Below are positions 8,127-17,900 of a stretch of 50,196 nucleotides of DNA, piece by piece. Positions within the stretch are counted from its first letter, which is position 1; each line of letters starts with the position of its first letter. The notes beneath the pieces were generated by a model. That model was not told the origin of the DNA, searched no databases, and saw only the letters and a program-made list of their open reading frames with translations. The DNA is taken from positions 1-50,196 of IMG/VR virus record IMGVR_UViG_3300036832_000479, one strand, 5' to 3'. The translations under genes and the position numbers were made by a program. The stretch comes from a virus (Duplodnaviria > Caudoviricetes).

Positions 8127-8569
8127 GTGAACTCGATGGCGCCGGCATCGCTCGCCATGACGCAGGCGCGGCGCCAGAGCGTATAGAGGTCGAAGAACCA
8201 CGGCCCGGCCGTGCGGGCGATATCGGCGCAGTCCGCGAAATCCTCAGCCAGCCCGACCGCGGCAATCGTGCCGATCACGCCTTCGTTGTCGGCGAAATTG
8301 ATCAGCTCGGTAAACGCGCGCCGATCGAACGACTGCGCGATTGTGGAGAGCTGCCGTCGCCATGTGCCATAGAGCGAGTAGGACCCGGCGCGAAAATCCC
8401 AGCGGGCTTTGTAGCGATAATATTGATCCGGATCGAGCGGCGCAGCGCGGCCCGGCCAGACCGTTTCAGACCACGCCATGGCCGGTCCGGGACACCAATG
8501 TTCGTCACCCGGTTCGATGTCGCCTTCTAGCGGGCTAAGCCCGCGATAAACAACGATATCCAGTGCCAT
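8123..8569 (-). CDS. Hypothetical protein, inverted moron-like insertion
   Basis: GGAGG RBS before ATG 8569; antisense to flanking head genes; AT-rich upstream region. Confidence 0.7.
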   Translation of the reverse strand: MALDIVVYRGLSPLEGDIEPGDEHWCPGPAMAWSETVWPGRAAPLDPDQYYRYKARWDFRAGSYSLYGTWRRQLSTIAQSFDRRAFTELINFADNEGVIGTIAAVGLAEDFADCADIARTAGPWFFDLYTLWRRACVMASDAGAIEFT

Positions 8570-8687
8570 TTTGCATCCTCCCTGGCGGTTATTATGCGCC
8601 GATTTTACCGAATAAACAGGCGGGATTTTTCGATATAGAAAACGTGATATAAAAAACAGACACAAAAAGCATCTCTATTTATAAATA

Positions 8688-8718
8688 CTTGACGCAATAA
8701 AATAAACGGGTTATTGCG
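8688..8718 (+). promoter_or_regulatory. Candidate head/tail operon promoter with overlapping inverted repeat
   Basis: CTTGAC-N17-TTATTG; CGCAATAA...TTATTGCG dyad in an AT-rich intergenic region. Confidence 0.4.
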
Positions 8719-8754
8719 CCATGACCGGTTGAAACAACGAATCGGTCCTGGACT

Positions 8755-9105
8755 ATGACCTTCGACGTTGTCGACCCGCCGCCTGTTCTCCCGACCAGCA
8801 CCGATTTGCTGACCGAAGCGCTCGCAATGCGCGCTTTGTACGTCGCGGCTGAGCGGGCAATCCTGCTCAATCAATCGTACCGGATCGGCGGTCAGGAACT
8901 CACCCGCGCCGATCTCGCCAAGGTCCGCGACGGCCGCCTGGAGTGGGAAGCCAAGATCGTCTCGATGACCGGCGGCAGCGCGCGCAAAATCAAGCAGGTG
9001 TTTCCGGTCGATGACGAGTGCGGGTGCGGCGGTTATCCCTACGGGTACGGGTATGGCTACGGGTGGCCCGGCTTCACCCCGACGCCTTACGGTCGGCGCC
9101 GATGA
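8755..9105 (+). CDS. Head-tail joining protein (gpW-like) with Gly/Tyr-rich tail
   Basis: QSYRIGGQELTRADL motif; position between TerL and portal. Confidence 0.75.
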   Translation: MTFDVVDPPPVLPTSTDLLTEALAMRALYVAAERAILLNQSYRIGGQELTRADLAKVRDGRLEWEAKIVSMTGGSARKIKQVFPVDDECGCGGYPYGYGYGYGWPGFTPTPYGRRR

Positions 9106-10769
9106 CCAAGCGGCTGACGCCCAAGCAGAGCGGCAGGCCGGCGTCAGCGCAGCGCCGACCCGTCATGCGCGCTTGGTCGCCGCCCGGCTCGACAACCGAC
9201 GCATGGTGGCCCAACCCCGGGCGCTGGCCGGGTTGCGGGACGCAGTATGCCGGCGCCAGCTTCGGCCGGACGTTCGCCGGCTGGTGGACATCGAACGGCG
9301 ACGCCGACGCCGATCTGCACCCGAACCTGACGACGCTGCGCGATCGATCGCGCGACCTGTACCGCAACGCGCCAGCCGCCCGCGGCGCCGTCAAGACGCT
9401 GCGCACCAACGTCATCGGGTCCGGGCTGTACGTGGAACCGGCGATCGATCGCGTCTATCTCGGCCTGTCCAAGCTTCAGGCGAAGCTCTGGGAAGACGCG
9501 GCTGAACGGGAATTCCGGTTGTGGGCCGAGGCCCGTGATTGCGACTATGCCCGCGAGCTCAATCTGTACGGCCTGCAAAAGCTGGCCTACCTGTCGCAGC
9601 GCACGGGCGGCGACGTGTTCGCCTTGCTGCCGTGGTCGCCGCTGCCCGGCGTTCCGTATGACCTGCGGGTGCAGCTCATCGAGGCCGACCGGGTCACGAA
9701 CCCGAATATGGCGGCCGATACCGATCAGATCAGCGGCGGCATCGAACGCGATCCGCAAGGCCGGCCGCTCGCCGTCCATATCCAGACGCCCCACCCTGGC
9801 GCGCGGGTGATCTCGACCGAGCCGACCGTCTGGCAGCGCGTCGAATTTTTCGGCCAGCAGACCGGGCGCCGTAACGTGCTTCAGCTCAAGGACGTCGATC
9901 GGGTCGCGCAGTCCCGTGGCGAGCCGCTGCTGTCGCCGGTCATCGAAACGCTGAAGCAGTTCGCGCGCTACTCCGAGGCCGAGCTGATGGCGGCCGTCGT
10001 CAACGGCATGATGTCGGTTTTCGTCAAGCGGCCGATCAACGATCTGACGGCGCCGGGCTATTCCGGCGATCCATCAGGCGATGAACCGTGGATGCAGGTC
10101 GATAATCAGCGGCTTGGCACCGGGACCTGGATCGAGGGCGCACCCGGTGAAGAACTGGATGTGATCCAAGCGGCGCGGCCATCGTCGCAGTTCGATCCGT
10201 TCTTCCAGGCAATCATGAAGCAGATCGGGATGGCACTCGGCATCCCGTTTGAAGTCCTGATAAAGCATTTCAGCTCGTCTTACTCAGCTTCCAGAGCTGC
10301 TATGCTTGATGCCTGGAAGTTTTTTATTGTTGATCGCGACCAAATTGTCGAGGATTTCTGTGCCCCAGTCTACAGAGAATTCCTCGTGGAAGCGATCATC
10401 AAGGGCCGCCTGAATGCGCCGGGTTTCCTGAGTGATCCGGCCGTTCAGGCGGCTTACTCCGGCGCCTACTGGATCGGGCCGGCGCAAGGGCAGATTGACG
10501 AAATCAAGGAGGTTCAGGCGGCCAATCTGCGCTGCCTGTACGGCTTTAGCACGCGCTCCATCGAGTGCTCGAAGCTCAGCGGGCTCGACTATGACGACGT
10601 GGTGATCGCCCGCGCCGAGGAACAGGATTTGGAGATTGCGGCCGGCTGGTCGCCGGGTGTGCCAACGACGTTCTACCCGCTCGCCACCGACGAAGGCGGC
10701 GAGGAAGGCCAGAGCGAGGGAGATGTGGGTGGCGACGCGACAGAAAAAGCCCGTTCAACCGCCTTGTAA
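9102..10769 (+). CDS. Portal protein, lambda family
   Basis: LRDRSRDLYRN, QLIEADR, QSRGEP, SYSASRAA motifs; start set at ATG 9102 (ATGA overlap). Confidence 0.93.
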   Translation: MTKRLTPKQSGRPASAQRRPVMRAWSPPGSTTDAWWPNPGRWPGCGTQYAGASFGRTFAGWWTSNGDADADLHPNLTTLRDRSRDLYRNAPAARGAVKTLRTNVIGSGLYVEPAIDRVYLGLSKLQAKLWEDAAEREFRLWAEARDCDYARELNLYGLQKLAYLSQRTGGDVFALLPWSPLPGVPYDLRVQLIEADRVTNPNMAADTDQISGGIERDPQGRPLAVHIQTPHPGARVISTEPTVWQRVEFFGQQTGRRNVLQLKDVDRVAQSRGEPLLSPVIETLKQFARYSEAELMAAVVNGMMSVFVKRPINDLTAPGYSGDPSGDEPWMQVDNQRLGTGTWIEGAPGEELDVIQAARPSSQFDPFFQAIMKQIGMALGIPFEVLIKHFSSSYSASRAAMLDAWKFFIVDRDQIVEDFCAPVYREFLVEAIIKGRLNAPGFLSDPAVQAAYSGAYWIGPAQGQIDEIKEVQAANLRCLYGFSTRSIECSKLSGLDYDDVVIARAEEQDLEIAAGWSPGVPTTFYPLATDEGGEEGQSEGDVGGDATEKARSTAL

Positions 10770-12150
10770 CCGCGTGCTCGCGGCGATCGCGCGGCAGCCC
10801 TGGGCGATCACCCCGGACGGGCTGGAACTCGTGCTGGCGATTGCTGCCCGCGAGACGTCCGATCCGACGCTCGCCGCAGCTCTGCGCGCTCAGTACGCGA
10901 CCGCGGACGCGTTCGATCCGGATTGCGACGGCGACGACGACGCGCCGTCCATTGCCGTCATCCCGATCCATGGCACGATCATGCCGCGCGCCGATCTGTT
11001 CGCGCAGATATCCGGCGCGACATCGGTGGAGGCGATCGGGTGCCGCGTCAACGCCGCGCTGGAGCGTCCCGGCATCAAGGGCATCGTCCTGGATATCGAT
11101 TCGCCGGGCGGGCACGTCACCGGCATCAACGAACTGGCAAACCTGATCTATGACGCGCGGGCTCAGGTGCCGATCGTCGCCTATGTCTCCGGGATGTGCT
11201 GCTCAGCCGCGTACTGGCTCGGCTCAGCGGCCTCCACCATCATCGTCGACGAAACGTCCGTGCTCGGTTCCATCGGTTGCTGCGCCGCCTGGACGGACGA
11301 CAGCGCCCAGAAGGAAATGCTGGGCCTGAAGGACTTCACGATCGTCTCATCGCAGACGCCGAACAAGATGCTTGACCCGGCGACGGCCGAGGGCGCGCGC
11401 GATCTTCAGAAGCAGGTCGACGCGATTGCGGACATCTTCATCGGATCGGTCGCGCGCAACCGCGGCAAACAGGCCCGGATCGTTCAGGAGCGCTTCGGGC
11501 AAGGCGGCACGATGCTTGGATCGGAGGCCATCGACGTCGATATGGCCGACGATTTCGGCAGCCTGCAATCCGTCGTGGACAGCCTCCTGACCACCGGAAA
11601 ACTACAGCTCACCAGCTACGGAGACGCGACTATGGCGCAAAATCGAAGCGGCCGAATTCGGGCGCAGAACCCCCACCCGAACCTGCCACCGGCTGAGGAA
11701 GTGGTTCCGACCGACCCGGATGAAGAGCTGGGCGAAGTGCTCGACGAAGACCCGGAGGAAGAAGAAACCGGGACCGATCCGCGCCAGCCGAACCCGACGC
11801 CGCCCGCCGATATGTCGAAAAAGGCCGGCGTGCTTCAGGAGCGAGCCCGGATCAAGGCGATCGAGGATCTGGGCATCGTCGGACACGACGATCTGGTTGC
11901 CGCGGCGAAATTCGCCAAGCCGGTCTCGGCCGCGACGCTCGCCCTGCAAGTGCTCACCGCGGAGAAGGAGTCGCGCGCGACGGCCGCGGATGGCTATCGC
12001 CGGGACGCCGAGAAAGTGGCCGGCGTGCCCGCCAGCGGTGCAGCAACGTCAACCGCCGCCACCGATGAGGCCGCCTTAATCGAGGCGATGGCGGCCGGGA
12101 TGGTATCAGCCGGCAGCAAGCGCCTGTCGGTCGTCAAAGGAGGGAAGTGA
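10723..12150 (+). CDS. S49 head maturation protease with C-terminal scaffold region (lambda gpC/Nu3-like)
   Basis: LDIDSPGG, CSAAYWLGS, GSIG motifs; acidic linker and ERARIKAI scaffold-type C-terminus. Confidence 0.9.
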   Translation: MWVATRQKKPVQPPCNRVLAAIARQPWAITPDGLELVLAIAARETSDPTLAAALRAQYATADAFDPDCDGDDDAPSIAVIPIHGTIMPRADLFAQISGATSVEAIGCRVNAALERPGIKGIVLDIDSPGGHVTGINELANLIYDARAQVPIVAYVSGMCCSAAYWLGSAASTIIVDETSVLGSIGCCAAWTDDSAQKEMLGLKDFTIVSSQTPNKMLDPATAEGARDLQKQVDAIADIFIGSVARNRGKQARIVQERFGQGGTMLGSEAIDVDMADDFGSLQSVVDSLLTTGKLQLTSYGDATMAQNRSGRIRAQNPHPNLPPAEEVVPTDPDEELGEVLDEDPEEEETGTDPRQPNPTPPADMSKKAGVLQERARIKAIEDLGIVGHDDLVAAAKFAKPVSAATLALQVLTAEKESRATAADGYRRDAEKVAGVPASGAATSTAATDEAALIEAMAAGMVSAGSKRLSVVKGGK

Positions 12151-12518
12151 TGGATCAGCTTGGGACTTTCGCCTATTCGCCCATTCTGGGCGGTGACTTT
12201 CAACGGCTGACGGCCGGCGTGACGCTCCGGCCAGCAACCGGCGTCTATCTGGTGGGCTCGGTGCTCACCCTATCGTCTACCGATGGGTTGTGTCAGCTCG
12301 CCACCAAGACCGACACACTGTTCGGCATCCTGGCTGACGAGATGATCGACACGGGTGACGCGACCAAGACCGTATTTGCCGGCGAAGCCTGGATCACGGG
12401 CGAATTTGAGCGGGCGCGCCTGATCTTCGGCGCCGGCACGACGTGGCAGGATATGCAAGCGGCGGCTCAAGACAAAAGCATCTTCTTTAAAGACGCCGCA
12501 ATCCAGCCAAACGGTTAA
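12147..12518 (+). CDS. Head decoration protein (gpD-like)
   Basis: Size and position; GILA.....D...GEF...L motif. Confidence 0.8.
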   Translation: MMDQLGTFAYSPILGGDFQRLTAGVTLRPATGVYLVGSVLTLSSTDGLCQLATKTDTLFGILADEMIDTGDATKTVFAGEAWITGEFERARLIFGAGTTWQDMQAAAQDKSIFFKDAAIQPNG

Positions 12519-12557
12519 CCCGCAAGCTTCGCGCTGCGCCAGCAAAGGACTCGAACG

Positions 12558-13946
12558 ATGGCGAACGATGTTAGCATTTACGAACCACGAACGATGCTGG
12601 CGGCGCTCAGGCAGGTCATGCCGCCGCGGCGGTTTCTTCAGCAGACCTTCTTTACGAATACTGCGCTCTATACGACGAAGAAGGTTGACTTAGACATCTA
12701 TAAGGGCAAGCGGCGGATCGCGGCCTATATCAACCCGATCGCCGAGGGCCGGGTGGTCGAGCGGCAGGGTTATGAGACGTACACTGTCGAGCCGGCCTAT
12801 GTGAAAGAGAAAATCCCGACCCGCGTGCAGGATACGATGGTCCGCGTGATGGGCGAAAACCCTTACACGCCGTCGTCACCACAGGCGCGGGCCGCGGCGC
12901 TGCTCGGCCAGGACCTCGCTTTCCTGGATGATCGCCTGATGCGGCGTGAAGAGGAAATGTGCGCCGAGGTCCTGTTCAACGGTGGCGTCCACGTGGTCGG
13001 CGAAGGCGTCGATAATATCGTCAGCTTCGGTTATGAAAGCGGCGTCCATTATATCGTCCTGACCGGCACCGATTGTTTCGACATCGACGGATCAGACCCG
13101 CAATTCCAGATTGACCAATGGCGCATGTCGATCATCCAGCGGTCGGGCATCACGCCCAACGTGCTGATCGTAGGATCGGAGGTCTATTGGGCGATCATCA
13201 ACAACAAGACATTCCTCGCCCGGTTGGACAATCGCCGCGTCGAGATGGGCATCATCAGCCCGGAAAATTTACCCAATGGCGTTCGCTATCTCGGCATGAT
13301 GGTGCCGGCGATGCTGGATATCTGGGTCTATGACGAGTGGTATACCGACCCGACAACCGGCAACGATATCCCCATGGTGCCGCCGGATGCGGTTCTGCTC
13401 GGCTCGACTCAGGCCCGCGCGGAGATGGCCTACGGCTTGATCCAGAATATGTTCTTCCTGGATGCCGCGACCCGCTTTCCGTACTCGTGGATTGAGAAGG
13501 ACGGCACGGCGCGGTGGGTGCAGCTCGAAGCCGCGCCGATGCCGAACCTCTATCAGGTGGACGCGTTCCTAACGGCCCGCGTGCTCAGCACGTCGTCGGC
13601 GACGCTGCCGCCGACCGTTCAGAACCTCGGAGGCGGTCCGGCTGGAACGCGCCGCATCGGCACTGGACCCGCGCCGATCCGGTCGCAGACTCAGCGTGAG
13701 CAGATGGTGCGGACGGACGTTGATCCGTTCCGCGGGCCACGCGACCAACGGCCGGGCGAAAGCACGATCCTGGCGGATGGCGTCGAACCGGACGAAGCGC
13801 CGGAGCTGACGGCCACTGTTATCAGCCGCATGAGTAAGGATGAACTTGTGTCGGAGCTGACGGCGCAGGGCGTCCACGTGCAGGGCGACGAAAGCAAAGC
13901 GCAGCTCCAGAGCAGGCTGCGCGAAGTGGCCGGCATCGGAAGCTGA
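12558..13946 (+). CDS. Major capsid protein (lambda gpE family) with ~120 aa C-terminal extension
   Basis: FLQQTFF, RREEEMCAEVL, IWVYDEWY motifs; core ends near residue 342. Confidence 0.92.
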   Translation: MANDVSIYEPRTMLAALRQVMPPRRFLQQTFFTNTALYTTKKVDLDIYKGKRRIAAYINPIAEGRVVERQGYETYTVEPAYVKEKIPTRVQDTMVRVMGENPYTPSSPQARAAALLGQDLAFLDDRLMRREEEMCAEVLFNGGVHVVGEGVDNIVSFGYESGVHYIVLTGTDCFDIDGSDPQFQIDQWRMSIIQRSGITPNVLIVGSEVYWAIINNKTFLARLDNRRVEMGIISPENLPNGVRYLGMMVPAMLDIWVYDEWYTDPTTGNDIPMVPPDAVLLGSTQARAEMAYGLIQNMFFLDAATRFPYSWIEKDGTARWVQLEAAPMPNLYQVDAFLTARVLSTSSATLPPTVQNLGGGPAGTRRIGTGPAPIRSQTQREQMVRTDVDPFRGPRDQRPGESTILADGVEPDEAPELTATVISRMSKDELVSELTAQGVHVQGDESKAQLQSRLREVAGIGS

Positions 13947-13949
13947 CGG

Positions 13950-14276
13950 ATGGACCGGCCACAAACGCCGTTTCTTCAGCAGGTTCAGCAGGACTTCTAT
14001 CAAAGCCTGCTGAACCCGTTTGAATTCGGTCGCTATTGCAACTGGAACGGCGGGCCGCTGCTCATTGCCGAAGGCGCTCGGCGCGACGACAAACAGACCG
14101 TCTCGGCGAACGGCGCCAACGCCGAGGAAAAGCAGGTCTATTGCCGGCAGCTCGATATAAGCCCGTGGCCGGTGCCGCTGGAGCAGATCAGCTTTGATGG
14201 CGAGCCGTGGCTTGTACGGTCCGTCGACACGCTGTTTGCGCATCTCATCATCACTATCGAACGACGGGTGTCCTGA
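13950..14276 (+). CDS. Head-tail adaptor/closure protein
   Basis: Position after MCP; NPFEF and FDGEPWLV motifs. Confidence 0.65.
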   Translation: MDRPQTPFLQQVQQDFYQSLLNPFEFGRYCNWNGGPLLIAEGARRDDKQTVSANGANAEEKQVYCRQLDISPWPVPLEQISFDGEPWLVRSVDTLFAHLIITIERRVS

Positions 14277-14863
14277 TGGCCGTCGTCGCGCTCAGCGTTG
14301 CCGGGCAGAACATCAAGGAGCTGGAAGGCTATCTGACGGACGAAATGATTCCGATGTACTCGAAGGAGCTTGCGCAGGCCGCGAACCGGGCGATGGATGC
14401 CAGCGTGACGTACTCGGTGCGCGGCGTCGCATCGGCATACCGGGCTATGCGAGTCAAGGAGATTCGCGCCGGCTTCAGGGTCATCGCCCGTGCCCGTGGC
14501 GAGGACGAAAACCCGACCGCGATCGGACAGTGGCGTGGCCGGCCGATTCCGCTTTATCAGTTTCGCGCCGTCCCGCGGTCCGTGATGACCGGGCAGACTA
14601 CCGGAGGCGTGTCGGCGCTGCTCAAAAAGACCGAAAATTTCCGCCACGCGTTCATCGCGCGCATGAAATCCGGCCACACTGGAGTATTCGAGCGGACTGC
14701 AAGCAAGCGAAACCCGATTGACGAGATGTTCGGGCCGTCCGTGCCGCAGATGGTAGACGACGAAGATATATTGGAACCGGCTCAAAAGGCCGCAGAAGAA
14801 CGCTTTTCTGAGCGGTTTTTGCACGCAATTGACTATAACTTCGTCAAAAAAGGCGCGGAATGA
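14276..14863 (+). CDS. Tail completion protein (gpZ-like)
   Basis: AFIARMKSGHTGVFER and GPSVPQM motifs; start set at ATG 14276. Confidence 0.8.
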   Translation: MAVVALSVAGQNIKELEGYLTDEMIPMYSKELAQAANRAMDASVTYSVRGVASAYRAMRVKEIRAGFRVIARARGEDENPTAIGQWRGRPIPLYQFRAVPRSVMTGQTTGGVSALLKKTENFRHAFIARMKSGHTGVFERTASKRNPIDEMFGPSVPQMVDDEDILEPAQKAAEERFSERFLHAIDYNFVKKGAE

Positions 14864-15507
14864 ACAGTTCCTACCTTCTTTTGGACGATATTCGCGAAAA
14901 GCTGGAAACAGCCTTCGCAGAGGTCCGATTCCGTCAGCCGGTCAACAAAGGGCAGGCGTTCGACGCCGGAGGCTTCGACTATTACCGTCAGCCCGTCGTC
15001 TATATCGGGCACATGCCAACCAAGCGTTCGCTGCCGGTGCCGCTGGGATCGCTGCCGATCACGCCGGGACCGCAGCCGATCACCACCAACGGCAACGGCA
15101 CGGCGGCCCAGGCCGATGAAGATTTCCCGTTCTGTCTCGTGCGGCCGCTCGAAGGCCAGATCACGGGCGAGATGCCGCGCGCCCACAAGGTCACGGTCGG
15201 CATCATCTCCGGCATCTTCACGGCTGAACCCGTCATCGAGGCCGGATATCAGGACATCCTGAACCTGACCGATATCGTGCTCAGGGTCCTGTCTGAAACG
15301 CGATTCTGGGCCGACAATCATTGGGTCCAAACGCTGCCGATCAAGTGGGTGTCGGGCCTGCCGCGCGCGCTGTCGGTCTATGAGGCCGGGCTGTCTGAGC
15401 ATCCGTTTTATGGTGCCGTCGTGATGGGCGAATTTGAGGCCGCCGCGACGGTGCAACTGCCACCCTTGGAGGTAGACGCCCATGAGCCCGTCTCGCGACC
15501 GTACTGA
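14860..15507 (+). CDS. Tail terminator-like protein
   Basis: Position; DFPFCLVR, GYQDILNL, HPFY motifs. Confidence 0.6.
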   Translation: MNSSYLLLDDIREKLETAFAEVRFRQPVNKGQAFDAGGFDYYRQPVVYIGHMPTKRSLPVPLGSLPITPGPQPITTNGNGTAAQADEDFPFCLVRPLEGQITGEMPRAHKVTVGIISGIFTAEPVIEAGYQDILNLTDIVLRVLSETRFWADNHWVQTLPIKWVSGLPRALSVYEAGLSEHPFYGAVVMGEFEAAATVQLPPLEVDAHEPVSRPY

Positions 15508-15868
15508 CCATCCGGAGCATCCCGAGCCGCAAGGACTCGACCCGACGCCGGCACCGCAGGCCGAGCCGCAGCCGCAGCCGCCGCGGCAGACCGAGCCGCC
15601 GCCGAAGCCGGCCACGGTGATGTACCTGGGACCGTCTATCGTGCAGCGGCGTCAGGGTCAGACCGTGTTCCAGGTTCGGCACGGGACGATTTATTCAAAC
15701 GGCCTGCCGGCTGACGTGCAGGCGCGCACCATCGCCGACCGGGATTTCGCGACGCTATTCGTGACGCCGGCCAACATCGGGCGGGCGATGGTCGAGATAC
15801 GGGCCGGACGTGGCGAGCACGGCATGGCGCTGACAAAGGTTCTGCGCGCCCAGCGCGCCCAGCGCTAA
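15482..15868 (+). CDS. Virion-associated hypothetical protein
   Basis: MYLGPS..GTIYSNGLP motif directly before sheath; Pro-rich N-terminus. Confidence 0.6.
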   Translation: MSPSRDRTDHPEHPEPQGLDPTPAPQAEPQPQPPRQTEPPPKPATVMYLGPSIVQRRQGQTVFQVRHGTIYSNGLPADVQARTIADRDFATLFVTPANIGRAMVEIRAGRGEHGMALTKVLRAQRAQR

Positions 15869-15883
15869 CGGGAGGATTCGGCG

Positions 15884-17353
15884 ATGGCGTTCTATCATGG
15901 CATCCAGATTTACCAAGTCCCCACGGCGCTCGTGCCGGCGCAGCAAGTTATGTCGTCGCTGCCCGTCGCGTGGGGAGCTGCGCCAATCCACCGGCTCTCG
16001 CCAGAGGCGCAGGCGTTGGCAATGCCGGGCTCGCTGGTGCTCGTCTACAACGAGACGGACGCGGGCGATAAGCTCGGCATCTCCTTTCAGCAAGACAATT
16101 TCGCGGTCTGGGGGCTAAGCGAGGTCGCGTTTTCTGAAATCGCGCTTTTCAACGTCGCGCCGATGGTCTTCGCAAACCTGTTCGATCCGACCAAGCATAT
16201 GACGGCGGTGACGACCGAAACAGTGACGATGACGGGCGGACAAGGCCAGATCGCGCACCCGGACGTGATCGGCGCCGAAGCCTTTACACCGAGTGGCGGC
16301 GGCGCGGCTTACGTGAACGGTACGGATTACAGCTTCGACCCGATCGCCGGGACGATCACAATCATTCAAGGCGGCGCGATGCCCGTCAGCGGTGACATTG
16401 AGGCCGCCTACACCTACGCCGACCCCAGCAAGATCACGTCGGCGGACTGCATCGGTGGCTACGATCAGGCGACCGGGATCACGACCGGCATCGCGCTCGC
16501 CGATCAGGTGTTCGCGCAATATCGGCTGGTGCCCGCCATCCTGCTCGCACCCGGCTTCAGCGAGGACCCGGAAGTGGCCGCGGTGATGGCGGCCAAGGCC
16601 GGCTCGATCAACGACGTGTTTCGCGCGGTCGCGTTCATCGATATCCCGAGCGACGGCACGGACGGCATCACCGATTACAGCAAGGTCCCGCAGTACAAGG
16701 TAGACAATAACCTTGTGTCGCCGGACCAGTACGCGTGCTGGCCCAAGGTCGGCATCGGGACGCAGGTTTTCCATATGTCGACTCAGGCCGCCGGCATTTG
16801 CGCCAACGTCGACGCGACTAACGAACAGGTGCCCTACGCGTCGCCGAGCAACAAAAACCTTCAGATGACGCAAGCCCTGGTGGGCGGCGATCCGCTCTGG
16901 CTCGACCTGGGCAAGGCGAATTACCTCAACTCCAACGGCATCGTGACGGCGCTCAACTTCGTCGGCGGCTGGAAGCTCTGGGGCAACCGCACGGCCTGCT
17001 TCCCGGACGATACCGATCCCAAGGACAATTTCCTCCCGTCGCGCCGCATGATGGCTTGGTACGGCAACCAGCTCACGCTGACATGGTGGCAGAAGCTCGA
17101 CTGGCCGATGACGCGCCGGCTCGTGCAGACGATCGTGAACAGCGAGCAGATCAACCTCAACTCGCTGACAGCTAACCAATATCTGCTCGGCGGCCGGATC
17201 GAATTTCGCGACGACGAAAACGCGACCACCGACCTGATGGACGGGATTATCACCTTCCACGTCTACCTGGGATTGGCGCCGCCGGCCGAGCAAATCGATT
17301 TCATGCTGGAATACGACCCGTCGTATCTGGCGACTCTGTTCGGGAGCACCTGA
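15884..17353 (+). CDS. Contractile tail sheath protein
   Basis: YHGI, ILLAPGFS, SPSNK, ANYLNSNGIVT, WGNRT, PPAEQI motifs. Confidence 0.95.
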   Translation: MAFYHGIQIYQVPTALVPAQQVMSSLPVAWGAAPIHRLSPEAQALAMPGSLVLVYNETDAGDKLGISFQQDNFAVWGLSEVAFSEIALFNVAPMVFANLFDPTKHMTAVTTETVTMTGGQGQIAHPDVIGAEAFTPSGGGAAYVNGTDYSFDPIAGTITIIQGGAMPVSGDIEAAYTYADPSKITSADCIGGYDQATGITTGIALADQVFAQYRLVPAILLAPGFSEDPEVAAVMAAKAGSINDVFRAVAFIDIPSDGTDGITDYSKVPQYKVDNNLVSPDQYACWPKVGIGTQVFHMSTQAAGICANVDATNEQVPYASPSNKNLQMTQALVGGDPLWLDLGKANYLNSNGIVTALNFVGGWKLWGNRTACFPDDTDPKDNFLPSRRMMAWYGNQLTLTWWQKLDWPMTRRLVQTIVNSEQINLNSLTANQYLLGGRIEFRDDENATTDLMDGIITFHVYLGLAPPAEQIDFMLEYDPSYLATLFGST

Positions 17354-17356
17354 GCC

Positions 17357-17881
17357 ATGGCACTCCAAACCCCCGAAGCCACAATCACCTATGAAGTGTA
17401 CCTGGACGGCTATCGGCTGATCGGCACGGCCGAGGCCGAGCTGCCGAACCTCCAGGCGATGACGGCCGAAGTCAAAGGCGCCGGCATTGCCGGGCAGGTG
17501 GATAGCCCGGTCATCGGGCACTTCCAGGGAATGACGTGCAAGCTGACGTTTCGCACCGTCACCCAGGACTTCATGCTGCTCATGCAACAGCAGGCCCACC
17601 ACATCGAACTGTGGGCAGCGATCCAGCGCATGTCGGTCGATACCGGCAAATACGTGGTCCAGCAGCAAAAAATCATCACCCGCTGCATCCCAAAGAACAT
17701 GCCGATGGGCAAGCTGGGCATCGGCGAGGTCCAGGGCCGCGAGATGGAGTTTGAAGTCATCTATGTCCGCGAAGTCGTCGACGGCTTCGACATTTACGAG
17801 CTTGACAAGTACAACGGCATATTCAAGGTCGCGGGCATCAGCGCAATGCAAGACGTGCTGAAGGCAATCGGCCTGATCTGA
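17357..17881 (+). CDS. Tail tube protein (P2 FII-like)
   Basis: ELP.L....EVKGAGIAG motif; follows sheath. Confidence 0.9.
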   Translation: MALQTPEATITYEVYLDGYRLIGTAEAELPNLQAMTAEVKGAGIAGQVDSPVIGHFQGMTCKLTFRTVTQDFMLLMQQQAHHIELWAAIQRMSVDTGKYVVQQQKIITRCIPKNMPMGKLGIGEVQGREMEFEVIYVREVVDGFDIYELDKYNGIFKVAGISAMQDVLKAIGLI

Positions 17882-17900
17882 CAGCAAAGGACGCTCCGAC

